Part shown: positions 62,559 through 64,000 of the stretch, piece by piece
How positions within the stretch are numbered: position 1 is the stretch's first letter
Layout of the letters: every line of letters begins with the position of its first letter
Source of the DNA: a virus
Taxonomy: Duplodnaviria; Caudoviricetes
IMG/VR virus record: IMGVR_UViG_3300035661_000004
DNA: 64,000 nt
Strand: one strand, 5' to 3'
Position numbers and translations under genes: made by a program
The notes under the pieces: model-generated
Databases searched by the model: none
Told to the model about the DNA's origin: nothing
Seen by the model: the letters and a program-made list of their open reading frames with translations, nothing else

Positions 62559-64000
62559 GTGGCCGACAACAAAGACAGCGCGCTAAAAGATGTAGAAAAC
62601 CTGACGCGAGGCCTTAGGGCGGCCGCGACGGAGGCTACGCGTCTGGCACGCGCTACAGCCAGGCTTGAGAAGAACATGGACGAGGCGAGCAATGTCGTCT
62701 TGGACAAGACAGCGAGCGCTCTGACGGCCCTAGCTAAGCAGTCAGGCCTGTTAGAAGACTCGATCAAGGAGCAGATCAAGGCTCACAAGCATTCGCCTCG
62801 CGAGCTAGCCAAAGTCATTGACCGGCTTGAGCAAAAGGGTGACTCGCTTGTCAAGGCTCAAGAGGCTTACAAGAAGAGCCTGAATGAGATCAAGCACAAG
62901 CATAAGCAAGCTATCAAGGCCGCCAACGGCAATACTGCTGCTGAAGCTAAGTCTCGCAGCGCAACGGTCAAGGCCGCATCAAGGGCCCACAGCGTCTTCA
63001 GGAATCAGCTCAACGATCTAGGTATCTCAGCCGGAGTTGCGTCAAAGAATATTGATGCGTTGGTCGCTGAGGCTAAGGCCAACAAGGCTGCCATCATCCG
63101 CGCGTCCCAAGACCTCGCAAAGCCGTCGGCTCGCATCGGCAAGGCTCTCGAGGGTATGCACTCAAAGGTGCAGGACAGCATCGGCGGCTTTGGCAAGTTC
63201 AGCATCGCGCTCGACCTGGCCAAGAAGGCTGTGGGTGAGCTTTGGGGTCAAAGCATCCGTCTAGCTAACAAGGGCCTTGTCGGTTCAATGGCTCAGATGA
63301 ACATTTCAGCTCTTAAGCTACGGATGACGGCTGAAGAGTTTGAAGGGTTGGTTAGCGCAAACCGTGACATGATCGCTGTCATGGGCGGCGGCGCTGAAGG
63401 CATTGCTAAGTTTGAGTCGGTCTTGTCGGCGTCATCCGTTGGGCTCGAGTACTTGGGCAAGGAGGGCAAGAAGGCTGCGGCTGTGATCCTCTCAGGCTTC
63501 TCAAAAGCCGGCTTTGGCATGATGAGCGCCAACAAAGATGTTTCGGACGCCTATACCTCAAACATCAAGGCTTTGAACAAGCAGTTCAAGCTGTTCAACG
63601 GCGCGTTCGGCGATACAGCTGAAGAGTTCGCTAACCTCTATGAGCAACAGCTGAAGAGCGAAGGCTTGCAAGCACGGCTGATCAGCGGCGACACGAAGAC
63701 GATCGGTTTGCAAATGCAAGAGATCATGACTCGGACCCAAACGCTGAAGTTGATGGGTCTGAACAATGACCAGATCGTAGAGATGACCAAGCGGGTCGAC
63801 GCAACATTTAATCCTCAGCAGAACAGGCAGGCTGATGCACAGATGGAGCGCGCTGCGGCTCGACAAGCAATTGCATCGGGCGCGCAGGCCGTTCAAGGCA
63901 CCGACCCTGACATCTCTAAAAAGTTGATGGACTTTGTGTCATCAGGTGAGATGGAGCGGCTCCAAAAAATGAGCACGCAAGATCAAAGCACTTACATGGT
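62559..64000 (+). CDS. Tape-measure-like helical protein (partial, runs off the window)
   Basis: GTG 62559 after GGAG: MADNKDSALKDVENLTRGLRAAATEATRL.... Ala/Lys/Gln-rich helical sequence. Absent from the ORF track because it has no stop in the window. Adjacent to baseplate hub genes. Confidence 0.7.
   Translation, partial: MADNKDSALKDVENLTRGLRAAATEATRLARATARLEKNMDEASNVVLDKTASALTALAKQSGLLEDSIKEQIKAHKHSPRELAKVIDRLEQKGDSLVKAQEAYKKSLNEIKHKHKQAIKAANGNTAAEAKSRSATVKAASRAHSVFRNQLNDLGISAGVASKNIDALVAEAKANKAAIIRASQDLAKPSARIGKALEGMHSKVQDSIGGFGKFSIALDLAKKAVGELWGQSIRLANKGLVGSMAQMNISALKLRMTAEEFEGLVSANRDMIAVMGGGAEGIAKFESVLSASSVGLEYLGKEGKKAAAVILSGFSKAGFGMMSANKDVSDAYTSNIKALNKQFKLFNGAFGDTAEEFANLYEQQLKSEGLQARLISGDTKTIGLQMQEIMTRTQTLKLMGLNNDQIVEMTKRVDATFNPQQNRQADAQMERAAARQAIASGAQAVQGTDPDISKKLMDFVSSGEMERLQKMSTQDQSTYM

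Overview
This window is 64 kb of a large T4-related (jumbo-type) myovirus genome. Spanins point to a Gram-negative host. The core is a virion and baseplate module: gp6-, gp25-, gp5-, gp53-, gp26- and gp51-like genes, a 2843-aa structural protein, collagen-like and Ig-like fibres, and the start of a tape-measure-like gene. It also holds the gp55 late sigma factor, the gp47/gp46 (Mre11/Rad50) pair, a Holliday junction resolvase, PhoH, ClpP, a DEDDh exonuclease, a split lysis module and seven free-standing endonuclease genes, two of them broken. The most unusual elements are: (1) a tightly coupled 10-gene tailoring operon (12.9-19.8 kb) with two membrane desaturases, two SGGxDS ATP pyrophosphatases, a PhyH dioxygenase, GNATs, a permuted papain-like enzyme and an RRE/TOMM-scaffold-like protein, lying between a fibre gene and the holin; (2) a dispersed family of about 15 small proteins sharing an L-[KR]-x-QQ-x-(L/F)-(I/V)-[DE] helix, often behind an MKLxxLLE leader like the T4 capsid-targeting peptide; (3) TAAATA late promoters only 4-8 nt before start codons, implying leaderless mRNAs; (4) a roughly 300-nt structured non-coding segment behind its own late promoter; (5) a fibre ending in a Ser-initiated Hint domain. 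Many accessory genes carry homopolymer frameshifts while core genes are intact, which may be an assembly artefact. All family assignments come from motif recognition by eye, with no database search.
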